Positions 36,744 to 47,479 are shown, counted from the stretch's first letter. The stretch: DNA of 64,000 nt from Bryobacteraceae bacterium (GCA_035550475.1 DASZPB010000073.1:76224-140223); one strand, 5' to 3'. The notes: generated from the letters alone by a model not told the origin. Numbers and translations: made by a program.

Positions 36744-38191
36744 TTGTGAGCGCCGCCGACCTCCTCGCCATTCTCCCGCTGCTCATCCTCGCCGCCACTG
36801 CTGTCGTTGTGATGCTGTGCACGGCCGTCAAGCGCAATCATCTGCTCGCGGTGATTCTTTCGGTAGTCGGGCTGTCGGCGGCCTTTGCTTCTTTGTGGGC
36901 GGTGATCCCGGTGACCCCGCGACAGGTCACGCCCATGCTCGTAATCGACGGCTACACCGTCTTTTATCTGGGACTGATTCTTGCGGCATCGATCGCGGTA
37001 GTGTTGCTCGCCTACGGCTATTTCGAAAAGTGCGAAAGTGATCCTGAGGAGCTTTACATCCTGCTGCTGATCGCCACACTCGGTTCGGCGGTTCTCGTGG
37101 CAAGCAGCCATTTCGTTTCCTTGTTCCTGGGCCTGGAACTCCTCAGCGTCTCGCTCTACGCAATGATCGCGTACCTTCCCGGGCGGCCGCTGCCCGTCGA
37201 AGCGGGCCTGAAGTATCTGGTGCTCGCCGCCGCTTCCGCGGCGTTTCTGCTGTTCGGCATGGCGCTGGTATATGCGGCATTGGGAACCATGAACTTCGCG
37301 CGCATCGGCACGCTTCTGGCAGGCGGCGCGATGGACCATACCCTCGTGCTGCCCGGTATGGCATTGATTGTCACCGGCTTGGGGTTCAAACTCGCCGTCG
37401 TCCCATTTCATCTCTGGACGCCCGACGTCTACCAGGGTGCGCCCGCGCCAGTCACCGCCTACATCGCCACCGTATCCAAAGGCGCAGTCTTCGCCCTGTT
37501 GCTGCGCTTCTTCTATCACACCGGAGCGCACCTGTTTGAACCGATGTTTATTGTCTTCAGCATCATTGCCATAGCCTCCATGTTTGCCGGCAACATACTC
37601 GCGCTGTTGCAATCGAACGTGAAGCGCATCCTGGCGTATTCTTCCATCGCGCATCTCGGCTATCTTCTGGTGGCATTTCAAGCCGGCGGCGATCTGGGAC
37701 CATTAGCCGTTACGTTCTACCTCGTCGCCTACTTTGTCACCACGCTTGGCGCTTTCGGTGTCGTGACCGTGCTCTCCGATGGATCAGGCGACGCGGAAGA
37801 GCTGGAAATGTATCGCGGTCTCTTCTGGCGGCGGCCCGCGCTGGCGGCGGTGTTCACCGCCATGTTGTTGTCCCTCGCCGGCATTCCGGTGACGGCAGGC
37901 TTTCTGGGCAAATTCTACATTCTCGCGGCAGGTGCCTCTTCCGCTCAATGGGCGCTCATCGTGATCCTCGTGGTCACCAGCGCGATCGGCTTGTACTACT
38001 ACTTGCGCATCGTCGTGGCTCTCTACTCGCGCCCAGCCGGTGAGCCCGCAACACCAGCCGAAGCCTCGCCTCGTCTTGCATCGCTCGCGCCCGCTGGATC
38101 GGTAGTATTGGTGATTCTTACCATCGCGCTGGTCTGGTTCGGCACCTACCCGGCGCCATTGCTGGACGTCATCCGCCGGGCCCTCGCCTGA
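36740..38191 (+). CDS. nuoN: NADH-quinone oxidoreductase subunit N
   Basis: ORF trimmed to ATG 36740 (MIVSAADLLAILP), an ATGA overlap with nuoM. ND2-family motifs GFKLAVVPFHLWTPDVYQGAPAPVTAY. Confidence 0.93.
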   Translation: MIVSAADLLAILPLLILAATAVVVMLCTAVKRNHLLAVILSVVGLSAAFASLWAVIPVTPRQVTPMLVIDGYTVFYLGLILAASIAVVLLAYGYFEKCESDPEELYILLLIATLGSAVLVASSHFVSLFLGLELLSVSLYAMIAYLPGRPLPVEAGLKYLVLAAASAAFLLFGMALVYAALGTMNFARIGTLLAGGAMDHTLVLPGMALIVTGLGFKLAVVPFHLWTPDVYQGAPAPVTAYIATVSKGAVFALLLRFFYHTGAHLFEPMFIVFSIIAIASMFAGNILALLQSNVKRILAYSSIAHLGYLLVAFQAGGDLGPLAVTFYLVAYFVTTLGAFGVVTVLSDGSGDAEELEMYRGLFWRRPALAAVFTAMLLSLAGIPVTAGFLGKFYILAAGASSAQWALIVILVVTSAIGLYYYLRIVVALYSRPAGEPATPAEASPRLASLAPAGSVVLVILTIALVWFGTYPAPLLDVIRRALA

Positions 38192-38247
38192 GCGCGGCAA
38201 CATCTATCACCGGGCCGGCGCTCGCCGCGTGAGATAATTTCAAATCT

Positions 38248-39153
38248 ATGTCATGGTTCACCGTCCGAGTGCCCGCTTCGAGCGCCAACCTGGGACCCGG
38301 GTTTGACGCGCTTGGCCTTGCCCTCGGCGTCTACCTGACCTGCCGCTTCCGCTGTCGCGAACAACTGGAGATCCACGTGGAGGGCCGCGATGCGCAATCG
38401 ATTCCCAGCGGCCCGGAAAACCTGATCTGGCAGACCGCGCTCGCTGTAGCTGAGAGCCTGCGGCTTCGCATGCCGCCGGTCGAACTGTACATTCACAACG
38501 AGATTCCGATCGGCAAGGGCATGGGATCGAGCGCTGCCGCGCTCACCGCCGGAGTCGTCATCGCCGATCAAGTGCTGGGCCTCGGATGGAAGCCGCTCCG
38601 AGTGCTCGATGAAGCCGCGCGCCTCGAAGGTCATCCTGACAATGTCGCCGCCTGTACGCTGGGCTCGATCGTCGCGAGCGCCATTGATTCCGGTGGTGTC
38701 GCGCGCGCGGTGCGGCTCGAGCTGCCGCGCCAGTTCAGCGTAGGCGTGGTAGTGCCGGATTTCCAACTGCCCACGTCGAAGGCGCGCTCGGTGCTGCCCA
38801 CCTGTTACAGCAAGGAAGATGCGATTTTCAATGTGCAGCGCGCCGCTCTGCTGGTTGCGGCATTGACCACGGGTTCGATCACAGCCTTTCCGGCCGCTCT
38901 CGAAGATCGCTTCCATCAGCCCTACCGCCTCTCTCTGGTTCCGGGCCTCGATGAGATTCTCAAACTGCGCGCCCCTGGCCTGCTCGGCTGCGCGTTGAGC
39001 GGCGCGGGACCTTCCATCGTCGTGTTCTTTGAGCGCGGCTACGAAAGCGTATGCAGCCTGGTGAGGCAGATCTTTCAACTGCACGGCCATGCATCGGAAG
39101 CGCTGGTGGCGCACATCGCCGAACGCGGATTTGAATTGACGGAAGAGCCTTAG
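38248..39153 (+). CDS. thrB: Homoserine kinase
   Basis: GHMP kinase motifs VPASSANLGPGFDALGLAL and IPIGKGMGSSAAALTAG. 301 aa. Confidence 0.9.
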   Translation: MSWFTVRVPASSANLGPGFDALGLALGVYLTCRFRCREQLEIHVEGRDAQSIPSGPENLIWQTALAVAESLRLRMPPVELYIHNEIPIGKGMGSSAAALTAGVVIADQVLGLGWKPLRVLDEAARLEGHPDNVAACTLGSIVASAIDSGGVARAVRLELPRQFSVGVVVPDFQLPTSKARSVLPTCYSKEDAIFNVQRAALLVAALTTGSITAFPAALEDRFHQPYRLSLVPGLDEILKLRAPGLLGCALSGAGPSIVVFFERGYESVCSLVRQIFQLHGHASEALVAHIAERGFELTEEP

Positions 39154-39168
39154 GTAAGAACTTGCGGC

Positions 39169-40821
39169 TTACATTCGCGGTGTGCCGGCGTACTTGGCGA
39201 TCACCAGTGTAATGTCATCCACTTGCGGCGAACCGGCGCTAAACTCCGCCAATGATTTCGTAATGATTTCCACCAAGCGCTCCGCTGGCTCCTGCCGATG
39301 CCGCTGGAGCAGTTCAATCAGCCGTTCTTCGCCGTACTCTTCCCCATCGGTGTTGGTAGCTTCCGTCAAACCGTCACTATAGAGCGCCAGCAAGTCGCCA
39401 TTCGAAAGGGCGGCGCGGCCTTCCCGATAGCAAGCGGCGGGTAAAAGTCCGAGCACCGGCCCGCCCGTTTCGAGCGTTTCCACCTCGCCTGTGGCGCGCA
39501 ACAGAATCGGCGGATTGTGGCCCGCATTGGCAAAGGCGAGTTCGCCCACCGCCGGGTCGAGCACGCAGAAAAAGAACGTGATGAATCGGCTCGGAGGAGA
39601 GTTGGCGCTGATTGCCTTATTCAGCCGTGTCACCAGCGCGCTGAGATTACGAGGATCTTCGGCCAGCACCTCGACGCGGGCCTGCAGGCCCATCATCATC
39701 AGAGAGGCCGGCATGCCCTTTCCGGAAACGTCGGCCAGCGCCAGGCCTACGCGCCCGTCGGCATATGGAAAAAAGCCGTAATAATCGCCGCCCACCGTGT
39801 GGCAAGGGGCGTTGTATCCCGCCAGGTCCGCACAAGCGACGCGTGGCGCGCTTCCCGGCAGAATGCCGCGTTGAATCTCAGCGGCCTGTGTCAATTCGCG
39901 CCGCGTGATGCGCTCGGCTTCTTCGATTTCCGCCAGGCGCACATTTTCAATTCGGATCGCCGCCACGTTGGCCATCACGGTCAGCAGGCTGAGATCGTCT
40001 TTGGTAAACTCGCGCAGCACCGAAGGCGAGTCCACGTAGATCAGTCCAATGATGCGGTCGTGGGCCTCAAGTGGCACCGCCATCATGGTGTGAATCATCT
40101 GCTGCAAAATCGTGGCGGAGCCGCGGAACGCCTCGTCGCGCTGCGCGTCGCGCACCAGCAGCGAACATTTCTCCTGAAGCACGCGGTCGCGTACTGCCGA
40201 GCTGATGCGAAATCGCTCGCCCTTGTGTACTTTGGCTATCAGCGCGCCATCTTCGAGCAGCATCAGGACTCCCCGATGCGCGTCCACCGCTTGAATCGCC
40301 AGATCCAGAATCACCAGGAACAATTCTTCGAGCGGCCGGTTCCGGGAAAGCTCCTGACCCGCGCGAATCAACGCCTGCAAAGCGCGGTTGGACGCAGGCC
40401 CTTTCACGCCGCGCGGCACGCTGATGGTTGGGTTCGAGAGCGCGCCGGCGAGGTTGGTGATCACCGCCGTCGAAGGATTCTCGCGTTCGCCTTCGAAAAC
40501 CACCACGCCGGGATCGAAGCGCTTGGTATCTGGCGCATAGACCAGCACCAGATGCCCGGCGGCAATCCGGTCGCCTGGATTTAAGCGAAGCCGCGCCTTG
40601 AGCGGGATGTTATTGACCAGCGTTCCGTTCTTGCTACCCAGATCTTGCACCATCCAGCCGTCGCCTTCGGCTTCCAGTGCGAAGTGCTGCCGGGAGAGTC
40701 CGGCGTCTTCCGGAAAACAGAGCTCGGCTGAAACCGAGCGCCCCACCGAGAGCCGTCCGCCAGTGAGCGGGACCGTTCTTGTGCGGCCGTCCGGTGTCTG
40801 GATGAGCAGTTCACGCTGCAT
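39169..40821 (-). CDS. FHA - GAF - PP2C (SpoIIE-type) serine/threonine phosphatase
   Basis: The N-terminal FHA segment is RLSVGRSVSAELCFPEDAGLSRQHFALEAEGDGWMVQDLGSKNGTLVN. The central region is GAF-like. The C-terminal PP2C/SpoIIE motifs are VGGDYYGFF, ADVSGKGMPASLMM and LALYSDGLTEA. Confidence 0.85.
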   Translation of the reverse strand: MQRELLIQTPDGRTRTVPLTGGRLSVGRSVSAELCFPEDAGLSRQHFALEAEGDGWMVQDLGSKNGTLVNNIPLKARLRLNPGDRIAAGHLVLVYAPDTKRFDPGVVVFEGERENPSTAVITNLAGALSNPTISVPRGVKGPASNRALQALIRAGQELSRNRPLEELFLVILDLAIQAVDAHRGVLMLLEDGALIAKVHKGERFRISSAVRDRVLQEKCSLLVRDAQRDEAFRGSATILQQMIHTMMAVPLEAHDRIIGLIYVDSPSVLREFTKDDLSLLTVMANVAAIRIENVRLAEIEEAERITRRELTQAAEIQRGILPGSAPRVACADLAGYNAPCHTVGGDYYGFFPYADGRVGLALADVSGKGMPASLMMMGLQARVEVLAEDPRNLSALVTRLNKAISANSPPSRFITFFFCVLDPAVGELAFANAGHNPPILLRATGEVETLETGGPVLGLLPAACYREGRAALSNGDLLALYSDGLTEATNTDGEEYGEERLIELLQRHRQEPAERLVEIITKSLAEFSAGSPQVDDITLVIAKYAGTPRM

Positions 40822-40861
40822 CGCCTCAATTATAGACCGCTCCTCTGCGGCGTCCGCCGCC

Positions 40862-42847
40862 CTAGATTCGATGAAACGCCTTCAGAATCTCGCGCGTGGA
40901 GTACCGCAAAGCGATCGGCCGGCCGTGCGGGCAGCTCATCGGGCAATCGGTTTCGGATAACGCCCGCAGCAGCCATTCCATCTTGCTCGCATCGAGTGGT
41001 GTGTTGATCTTGATCGCCGCGCGGCAGGCGATCGACGCGCAAATGCCGCGCTGCAAATCGTCGAGTGATGCGCCGCGCAATTCTCCCTCCGCAGTTTCCA
41101 GAATCTCGAAAAGCACTTTTTCCAGATCCGCGCTGCCAATTGCCGCCGGTGCGGCCTTCACCGCAATGGTCCGATTCCCAAAAGGCTCCGTTTCAAAACC
41201 GGAAGCCGCCAGTTCGTCCGCAATTCGCGCATAATCCACCTGCTGTTCCGGCGTGAGCTGCAGGATGAGCGGCATCAGCAGCCGCTGCGTCTCCACATGC
41301 CCGGCCGCGCGCTGCCGCATCACCTGCTCGAACAGGATCCGCTCATGCGCCACATGCTGGTCGATAATCCACAGCCCGTCCCGCCCGGCGGCGAGGATGA
41401 AACTCTCGTGGAGTTGCCCCAGAGGCCGCAGTTCAGAGAGCGCGCCGAGCGATGCTTCCACACCCGCCGCTACAGCGTCCGCCGGAAACACGCCGTGGGC
41501 ATCCGGTGCGCGCATCATTTTGCCGGAAGGCGTGGGGCCCGGCGCCACTTCGAGAGCCGGCCCGCTGAAATCCAGCCGCGGCGACGGCCCTGCCTGTGGG
41601 CGCAGCGTGAATTCGGGCAACTCTGGCGCGCGGCTCGCCGCCGTCGCCGCGTCCATTGCCGCCGCTGGGGAGCCCGCATCTTCCAGCATCTGGCTGAATT
41701 CCGAGTAGGGCAGTTGCGCCGCCGGCTGCACTCGGTCCATGGCTCTCGGCGCGGGTGAAAAAGAGGGCGCCGGCCGGCTTTCCATCAAACGGTCGCGCAG
41801 CGTGTCGCGCACGAAATCATGTACGAACGATTGATGCCGGAACCGCACCTCGGTCTTCGATGGATGAACGTTCACGTCCACTTCTTCCGGGTCGCATTCC
41901 AGGAAAAGCAGCGCCATCGGATACGCCGACGGCGGAATCAGGTTGTGATATGCCGAAGAGAGCGCGTGCAGCAGCAGCCGGTCGCGGATCAGCCGTCCGT
42001 TGACGAAAATAAAAATTCCGTTGCGGTTGGCCTTCTGTACTTGCGGCCGGGAGAAAAAGCCTCGCAATCCGAAGGTGCGGCTGAATGGCTCATCCGGTTC
42101 CCGCCGATACTCGGCCACGCCTTGAGCAGGCGCAACGCTCGGGGGCGTCAGCACCAGCTCTTTTTCCCGATGGCCGATCTCCACCAGATCTTCCAGCACC
42201 TGGCTGCCGAATACCTGATAGGCACGCTCCTGCAGGGATGCGGCGGGCGTTACACTCAACAGTTCGGCCGTCCCACTCGTAAGCCGGAAGGTCTTATCCG
42301 GGTGCGCCAGGCTATAGTGCGTCACCAGCGAGGCGATATGCGCCAGTTCGGTCTGTTCCGTTCGTAAGAATTTCTTGCGCGCGGGCACGTTGTAGAAGAG
42401 GTCCCGCACAGTGATCGTCGTGCCCGGCCCGAGCGCTGCTTCTTCGCATCGCAGCATCTTGCCGCCGGCAATTTCGATGCAGGTTCCGGTAGATTCTTCG
42501 GCCGCGCGCGTCTCGAGCAGGAGTCGCGAGACGGAAGCGATCGAAGGCAGCGCCTCTCCGCGAAAACCGAGTGTCGCAATCGAAAGCAGGTCCTTTACGT
42601 CGCGCAGTTTGCTGGTAGCGTGCCGCTCAAAGGCCAGCAGCGCGTCATCGCGCAGCATGCCGCAGCCATCATCCACGATCCGGATGAGCCGCCGGCCGCC
42701 CGATTCCACGTCGACGCGCACGTCGGTCGCACCGGCGTCGAGAGAATTTTCGAGTAGTTCCTTCACCACCGAAGCCGGGCGCTCCACCACCTCGCCGGCT
42801 GCGATCTTGTTGGCCACCTGGTCGGGAAGAATACGGATGCGGCCCAT
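40862..42847 (-). CDS. mutL: DNA mismatch repair protein MutL
   Basis: The N-terminal GHKL ATPase signature is IRILPDQVANKIAAGEVVERPASVVKELLENSLDAG...DDGCGM. The C-terminal dimerisation/endonuclease region has ACRAAIKINTPL and CPHGRP. Confidence 0.95.
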   Translation of the reverse strand: MGRIRILPDQVANKIAAGEVVERPASVVKELLENSLDAGATDVRVDVESGGRRLIRIVDDGCGMLRDDALLAFERHATSKLRDVKDLLSIATLGFRGEALPSIASVSRLLLETRAAEESTGTCIEIAGGKMLRCEEAALGPGTTITVRDLFYNVPARKKFLRTEQTELAHIASLVTHYSLAHPDKTFRLTSGTAELLSVTPAASLQERAYQVFGSQVLEDLVEIGHREKELVLTPPSVAPAQGVAEYRREPDEPFSRTFGLRGFFSRPQVQKANRNGIFIFVNGRLIRDRLLLHALSSAYHNLIPPSAYPMALLFLECDPEEVDVNVHPSKTEVRFRHQSFVHDFVRDTLRDRLMESRPAPSFSPAPRAMDRVQPAAQLPYSEFSQMLEDAGSPAAAMDAATAASRAPELPEFTLRPQAGPSPRLDFSGPALEVAPGPTPSGKMMRAPDAHGVFPADAVAAGVEASLGALSELRPLGQLHESFILAAGRDGLWIIDQHVAHERILFEQVMRQRAAGHVETQRLLMPLILQLTPEQQVDYARIADELAASGFETEPFGNRTIAVKAAPAAIGSADLEKVLFEILETAEGELRGASLDDLQRGICASIACRAAIKINTPLDASKMEWLLRALSETDCPMSCPHGRPIALRYSTREILKAFHRI

Positions 42848-42949
42848 GTGCGGGTGATCTCAGTCCACTATACCCCACGGTGGTGGGACGCCGCGCCCGT
42901 CCCCTGCTAAGATGGCTTCATAGCACTTGTTCGCGAAGACCTTGATTGT

Positions 42950-43300
42950 ATGTTGAAGCGCTTCATCCTGTGGGACTTCCAACGCGGCGACTGGCAATAC
43001 GACGTGATGGTCGGTATCATCCTCGCCTTTATTTTCCTGATACCGCGCGATTGGTTTCGTGATCAGCCCCGCATCCCCGATGCCAGTAGTATCGCCATGC
43101 TCCCGACCGAAAAGGGTACATCCGCCTTCTGGGTGGATACGACCCTGCTCGCCGGAATTCCCGAAAGCCAGCGCGTAGCCAAACTTACACAGGTTCTACA
43201 GGCCCGTACCAGCAACCGCCGGCTCACTGTGGTTCGGCTGCAGCCGGTCATGGGTTCGGAAAACGAACTGCAAGGGTATATGGCCTATACGCGGCCATGA
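42950..43300 (+). CDS. Hypothetical small membrane-anchored protein
   Basis: 116-aa ORF with one hydrophobic segment (YDVMVGIILAFIFLI). No family recognised. The coding call rests on ORF length and its position between genes. Confidence 0.45.
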   Translation: MLKRFILWDFQRGDWQYDVMVGIILAFIFLIPRDWFRDQPRIPDASSIAMLPTEKGTSAFWVDTTLLAGIPESQRVAKLTQVLQARTSNRRLTVVRLQPVMGSENELQGYMAYTRP

Positions 43301-43351
43301 AGTAACCACCGGTAGCCTCGCGCGCGTATTTGATGAAGGAGCCCGTGTAGA

Positions 43352-44056
43352 ATGCGATACTTCTCTGCTGCCGCTGTACTATCCAGCACATTCTTGCTGG
43401 CCGGGCCTCTGCTCGCCGGTCAGTCGGGTGGGGATAATTCGCTGGAATCCGTGTTCGCTCGCATGGACCGGGCGGCTTCTTCCTTTAAAGGCTTATCCGC
43501 CGACCTCAAGAAGGTTTCGCATACCGCCGTCATTAACGAAGATACTGTGGATATCGGGACTATCCTGGTGAAGCGGCCTAAGCCGCATCAGGTCCGCCTT
43601 CTGGTAAAGATTCAGCAGCCCGATCCAAAGGACGTCTACATCGAAGGCCACAAGGTGCAGATCTACACCCCGAAAAGTGCAACCGTGCAGGAGTATGATC
43701 TGGGGAAGAACAAAAACCTGATCGATCAGTTCCTGCTCCTGGGCTTCGGCAGTACGTCGGCGGAACTCAAAAGCGCCTATAACATTCAATTGGTTGGCGC
43801 GGACTCGATTGCCGGCCAGAGTGCCGCGCGCATTGCATTGGTTCCGAAATCTCCGGATGTGCTGGCGCATCTGTTGAAAGTAGAACTTTGGATTTCCGAC
43901 GCCACCGGCATCCCCGTGCAACAGAAGTTTTATCTGCCGAGTGGGGATTTCAATCTCGCCACATACACCAACATCAAGCTCAATCCCGACCTGCCTGATT
44001 CGGTGATGAAGCTGAACGTTTCCAAGGATGTGCACTGGGAATACCCGCAACGGTAG
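43352..44056 (+). CDS. LolA-like outer-membrane lipoprotein carrier/sorting protein
   Basis: Signal peptide MRYFSAAAVLSSTFLLAGPLLAG. It has beta-rich repeats, and the motif F.G...DLKKVSHTAVINEDTVDIGTILVKRP is typical of the LolA/LolB-fold family. Confidence 0.6.
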   Translation: MRYFSAAAVLSSTFLLAGPLLAGQSGGDNSLESVFARMDRAASSFKGLSADLKKVSHTAVINEDTVDIGTILVKRPKPHQVRLLVKIQQPDPKDVYIEGHKVQIYTPKSATVQEYDLGKNKNLIDQFLLLGFGSTSAELKSAYNIQLVGADSIAGQSAARIALVPKSPDVLAHLLKVELWISDATGIPVQQKFYLPSGDFNLATYTNIKLNPDLPDSVMKLNVSKDVHWEYPQR

Positions 44057-44071
44057 CTACGTCCGGCGATC

Positions 44072-45160
44072 ATGAAAACCAAGACCAGCACGTATAGGCT
44101 TCAGTATCTCGATTGGGTGCGCGGCATCGGCGCCCTGATCATGCTGCAGGGGCACGTTTTCGATTCGTTCCTGAAGCCGGACCTGCGTGGCGGCAGCGCG
44201 TTCGTGCTCTCGCAGTTCTTTGGTGGAATGCCGCCGGCGATCTTTCTCTTCCTGACAGGCGTCACCCTCGCGTTTCTGATGGATAGTACGGAGCGCAAAG
44301 GTCTGCGCCCGCTCGAACGCGTCAGCGCCGCCTTCCGCCGTTCCGGATATCTCTTCTTTCTGGCGTTCGCCTTCCGGACCCAAATGTGGATCACCGGCTG
44401 GCCCGCGCCGTGGAAAGATCTGCTGCGCGTCGACATCCTCAACTGCATGGGCTTTGCGATCGCGACGCTCTCCATCATGGCGCTGTTTCGCACCGTGGAG
44501 CGCGCCCGCCTCTGCGCCATGCTGGGTCTGGGGATTGCGTTTGCCTCGCCGTTGATCTCACAGATGGATTGGTCGTGGATGCCCTGGCTCATTCGCCACT
44601 ACATCGTTCCCGACTACGCATTCTTCTCTTTCTTCCCCTGGGCCGCCTATCTGGCCTTCGGCATGAGCGCCGGTAGCATCATTCGCGCCATTCCGCCGGA
44701 AGCCACCGAACGCATGATGCAATGGGCTGCGGTTGTGGGCGGGACGCTGATTCTCTCCTGCCACTACTTCAGCAACCTGCCATATTCGATCTACGCGAAG
44801 TCGGATTATTGGCTGAACAGCCCGGCGCAAGTGCTGACCAAGCAGGGCGTAACTTTGCTGCTGCTGGCGTTCGCGTTCCTGTGGACGCGCTACGCCGCCA
44901 AAGACGGCTGGAGTTGGGTGCGCCAGTTTGGAACCACGTCACTGCTCGTATACTGGGTGCACATCGAGCTGGTCTACGGCCGCTGGCTGTATTTCCTGAA
45001 GAATAATCTGACGGTGCAGCAGACGGTGATTGCGGCCGGTTCCGTGATCGCCCTGATGCTGGCGCTCTCTACCATCAAGACCTATCGCAAACGCATTGCC
45101 ACGGCCCTGGAGGATCTGGGGTGGTCCATCCGCAAGCCGGACCGCGTTCCTGGCGATTAG
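44072..45160 (+). CDS. Polytopic membrane protein, DUF1624/heparan-alpha-glucosaminide N-acetyltransferase-like acyltransferase
   Basis: 362 aa, about 10 TM. The N-terminus YRLQYLDWVRGIGALIMLQGHVFDSF resembles DUF1624/acyltransferase_3-type proteins. Confidence 0.55.
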   Translation: MKTKTSTYRLQYLDWVRGIGALIMLQGHVFDSFLKPDLRGGSAFVLSQFFGGMPPAIFLFLTGVTLAFLMDSTERKGLRPLERVSAAFRRSGYLFFLAFAFRTQMWITGWPAPWKDLLRVDILNCMGFAIATLSIMALFRTVERARLCAMLGLGIAFASPLISQMDWSWMPWLIRHYIVPDYAFFSFFPWAAYLAFGMSAGSIIRAIPPEATERMMQWAAVVGGTLILSCHYFSNLPYSIYAKSDYWLNSPAQVLTKQGVTLLLLAFAFLWTRYAAKDGWSWVRQFGTTSLLVYWVHIELVYGRWLYFLKNNLTVQQTVIAAGSVIALMLALSTIKTYRKRIATALEDLGWSIRKPDRVPGD

Positions 45161-45170
45161 CCGATTCGAG

Positions 45171-45206
45171 TTAAAAAAGAAGAGCCGGGGCGGTGTGCCC
45201 CGGCTT
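45171..45206 (-). terminator. Rho-independent terminator of rpoD (minus strand)
   Basis: A 9-bp stem, AGCCGGGGC (45183-45191) with GCCCCGGCT (45197-45205), and a 5-nt loop. On the minus strand it is followed by CTTCTTTTTT (complement of the A-run at 45173-45178). It lies 40 nt downstream of the rpoD stop. Confidence 0.7.
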
Positions 45207-45244
45207 GAATACAAGGAGTAGAAAAATCGTAATTCCGGCGCTTT

Positions 45245-46774
45245 TTAGCGCGCCGCCATCAGCGCCCGCAGGCGGCGGGCCCGTTCCGGCGCGCGCAGTT
45301 GGCGAAGCGCTTTGGCTTCGATCTGGCGAATCCGTTCGCGCGTGACATCGAACTCCTGCCCGATCTCTTCCAGTGTGTGCTCGCGCTCGCAGCCGATGCC
45401 GAACCGCATTCGGATAACCTTCTCCTCTTTCGGGGAAAGCGTTTTCAGAATGCCTGCGGTTTCGTCCCGAACATTGGATTCGATTACCGCATCTACGGGC
45501 GACCCCACCCAACGATCTTCGATCAGATCGCCCAATGCGGATTCGCCATCACGGCCCACCGGAGTTTCGAGCGAGACCGGGTCGCGAGAAATCGTCTTGA
45601 GCTTCTGAACTTTCTCGACCGGAATGTCCATGCGCCGGCCAATTTCTTCGTTTGTAGGAGTACGGCCGAGTTCCTTCTCTAGTTCGCGCGTAGCGCGGAG
45701 GAACTTGTTCATACTCTCGTTCATATGCACCGGAATGCGGATCGTGCGGGACTGGTCGGCAATCGCTCGCGTAATTGCCTGGCGAATCCACCACGTGGCG
45801 TAGGTCGAAAACTTGTAGCCGCGCCGGTATTCGAACTTGTCCGCGGCGCGCATCAGGCCGATATTGCCTTCCTGGATCAAATCCAGCAAGTGAAGTCCGC
45901 GATTCACGTATTTCTTCGCGACCGACACCACCAGACGCAGGTTGGCTTCTACCAAATCCTTCTTGGCCCGTTCGGCTTCGGCTTCACCGTGACGGATCAC
46001 CGTCATGCTGTGACGCAGTTCAGGCAGGGTGGCACCGGCCGCCAGTTCCCGCTTCTTGATTTCGCGCTTCAATTCCCGCAGCCGGGCTTGCTGTGCCGCA
46101 TTGCTGCGCGATTCGATTTTCTTCACTTCGCTGTCCAGATGATTCAGCTCATCGACAGCGCGCTCAATCTCCTTGGAAAACTCCTTCCACTTGTTGACCC
46201 GGAAGGGCACCCGGCGAATTGCCAGGGACGTTTCCACTTTGGCCCGATTGAGTTTAGCGCACAGGCGCCGGCGGGGTTTCTTGTTCGTCGCCGGGGTGCT
46301 GTCCGCTTTGTCCTGCAATTGCTGGAGCTTTCTATGCAGCGTGGTGACATCGAAGAACAACTTCAAGGCGTCCGTCCGGATTTTCACGTCAGCCGGGGTG
46401 CCTTCCTCGACATCTCCCAGATCCGCCAGGCTTTCCAGTTCGATCTGGCCCTTCCGCAACTGCTCGGCCAAATCAACCACCACGCCCTGAACCAATGCGG
46501 AACGGCTAATCGCCTTCTGCATTCGCAGCTTACCGCGTTCCATGCGGCGTGCAAGGTCTACTTCGCCCTCCCGCGTCAGCAGCGGCACCGCGCCCATTTC
46601 ACGCAGATAAACCCGGACCGGGTCGTCAGTGTAGATCGACTCTTCAACCGGCTGCGGATGCAGGAAATCTGCGTCATGCGCAGCTTCAGAGTCGAAAAAC
46701 TTGCTGTCTTCGTCAAATCCGAGGCCCAGGGATTCCGGACTTTCTGCTAGAAAATGATCTTCAAAATGATCCAC
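45245..46774 (-). CDS. rpoD: Primary RNA polymerase sigma factor (sigma-70)
   Basis: 509 aa. Region 1.2 [11 protein letters not shown], region 2 [53 protein letters not shown] and region 4.2 [31 protein letters not shown] start with GGAGG upstream. Confidence 0.96.
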   Translation of the reverse strand: MDHFEDHFLAESPESLGLGFDEDSKFFDSEAAHDADFLHPQPVEESIYTDDPVRVYLREMGAVPLLTREGEVDLARRMERGKLRMQKAISRSALVQGVVVDLAEQLRKGQIELESLADLGDVEEGTPADVKIRTDALKLFFDVTTLHRKLQQLQDKADSTPATNKKPRRRLCAKLNRAKVETSLAIRRVPFRVNKWKEFSKEIERAVDELNHLDSEVKKIESRSNAAQQARLRELKREIKKRELAAGATLPELRHSMTVIRHGEAEAERAKKDLVEANLRLVVSVAKKYVNRGLHLLDLIQEGNIGLMRAADKFEYRRGYKFSTYATWWIRQAITRAIADQSRTIRIPVHMNESMNKFLRATRELEKELGRTPTNEEIGRRMDIPVEKVQKLKTISRDPVSLETPVGRDGESALGDLIEDRWVGSPVDAVIESNVRDETAGILKTLSPKEEKVIRMRFGIGCEREHTLEEIGQEFDVTRERIRQIEAKALRQLRAPERARRLRALMAAR

Positions 46775-47017
46775 TAAGACTCACCTCCCCCACGCAACAT
46801 ACGAAACACCGTCGAATGTTTGGGAATGGGGTACTACTTGAAAAAAGTCCGATTTGCTGTACCAGCCCGATGTGTCGAGAGTCTCGGGTGCATTCGGAGT
46901 TCGACTTCCGGCTTGATGATACCATCATTCCCCAATAAAGTTAAGTTCTATTTTTAAAGATGTCTTAAAACTGTTTAGGTTACATGGATTCTTAGGCCCT
47001 GAACTCACCCGCTCTCC

Positions 47018-47479
47018 CTATGGTAGCTTCTGCCGCATCAGGCTCTTCAGCTCGTTAAAAAACGCCTCTTCGTCCTGGAAATCGCGGTAGACCGAAGCGA
47101 ACCGCACATACGCGATCTTATCCAGTTCCTCCAGCCGCTCCATCAGGAATTCACCTATATCTGTAGTAGATATCTCCCGGTCAGGAGAATCACTCACCCG
47201 CGACTCCACCTGATTGACCAGCTCCGACAGTTTGGACATGGCGACGGGCCGTTTCTCACACGCCTTCAACAGTCCCCCTAATACCTTCTGACGGTCGAAT
47301 TTCTCGCGTCGGCCGTCTTTTTTCACGACCATGTACGGAACTTCGTCGATCCGCTCATAAGTCGTGAAACGCCGCTCACAAGCCAGGCATTCCCGTCGAC
47401 GGCGAATGGCGTCGCCCTCCTTGCTCTCTCGGGAATCCACCACCTTGTCATGCAAGTGATTGCAAAATGGGCACTTCAA
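47018..47479 (-). CDS. nrdR: Transcriptional repressor NrdR (zinc ribbon + ATP-cone)
   Basis: The 262-aa ORF is trimmed to TTG 47479, a TTGA overlap with the upstream gene stop. (L)KCPFCNHLHDKVVDSRESKEGDAIRRRRECLACERRFTTYE is the zinc ribbon, followed by the ATP-cone VVKKDGRREKFDRQKV... Confidence 0.9.
   Translation of the reverse strand: MKCPFCNHLHDKVVDSRESKEGDAIRRRRECLACERRFTTYERIDEVPYMVVKKDGRREKFDRQKVLGGLLKACEKRPVAMSKLSELVNQVESRVSDSPDREISTTDIGEFLMERLEELDKIAYVRFASVYRDFQDEEAFFNELKSLMRQKLP

Noticed and set aside
46880-46915. GGAGTTCGACTTCCGGC, resembling a tRNA T-arm, upstream of rpoD.
   Set aside because: No acceptor stem, D-arm or anticodon arm can be drawn around it, and the T-loop consensus (GGTTCGAATCC) is not met.
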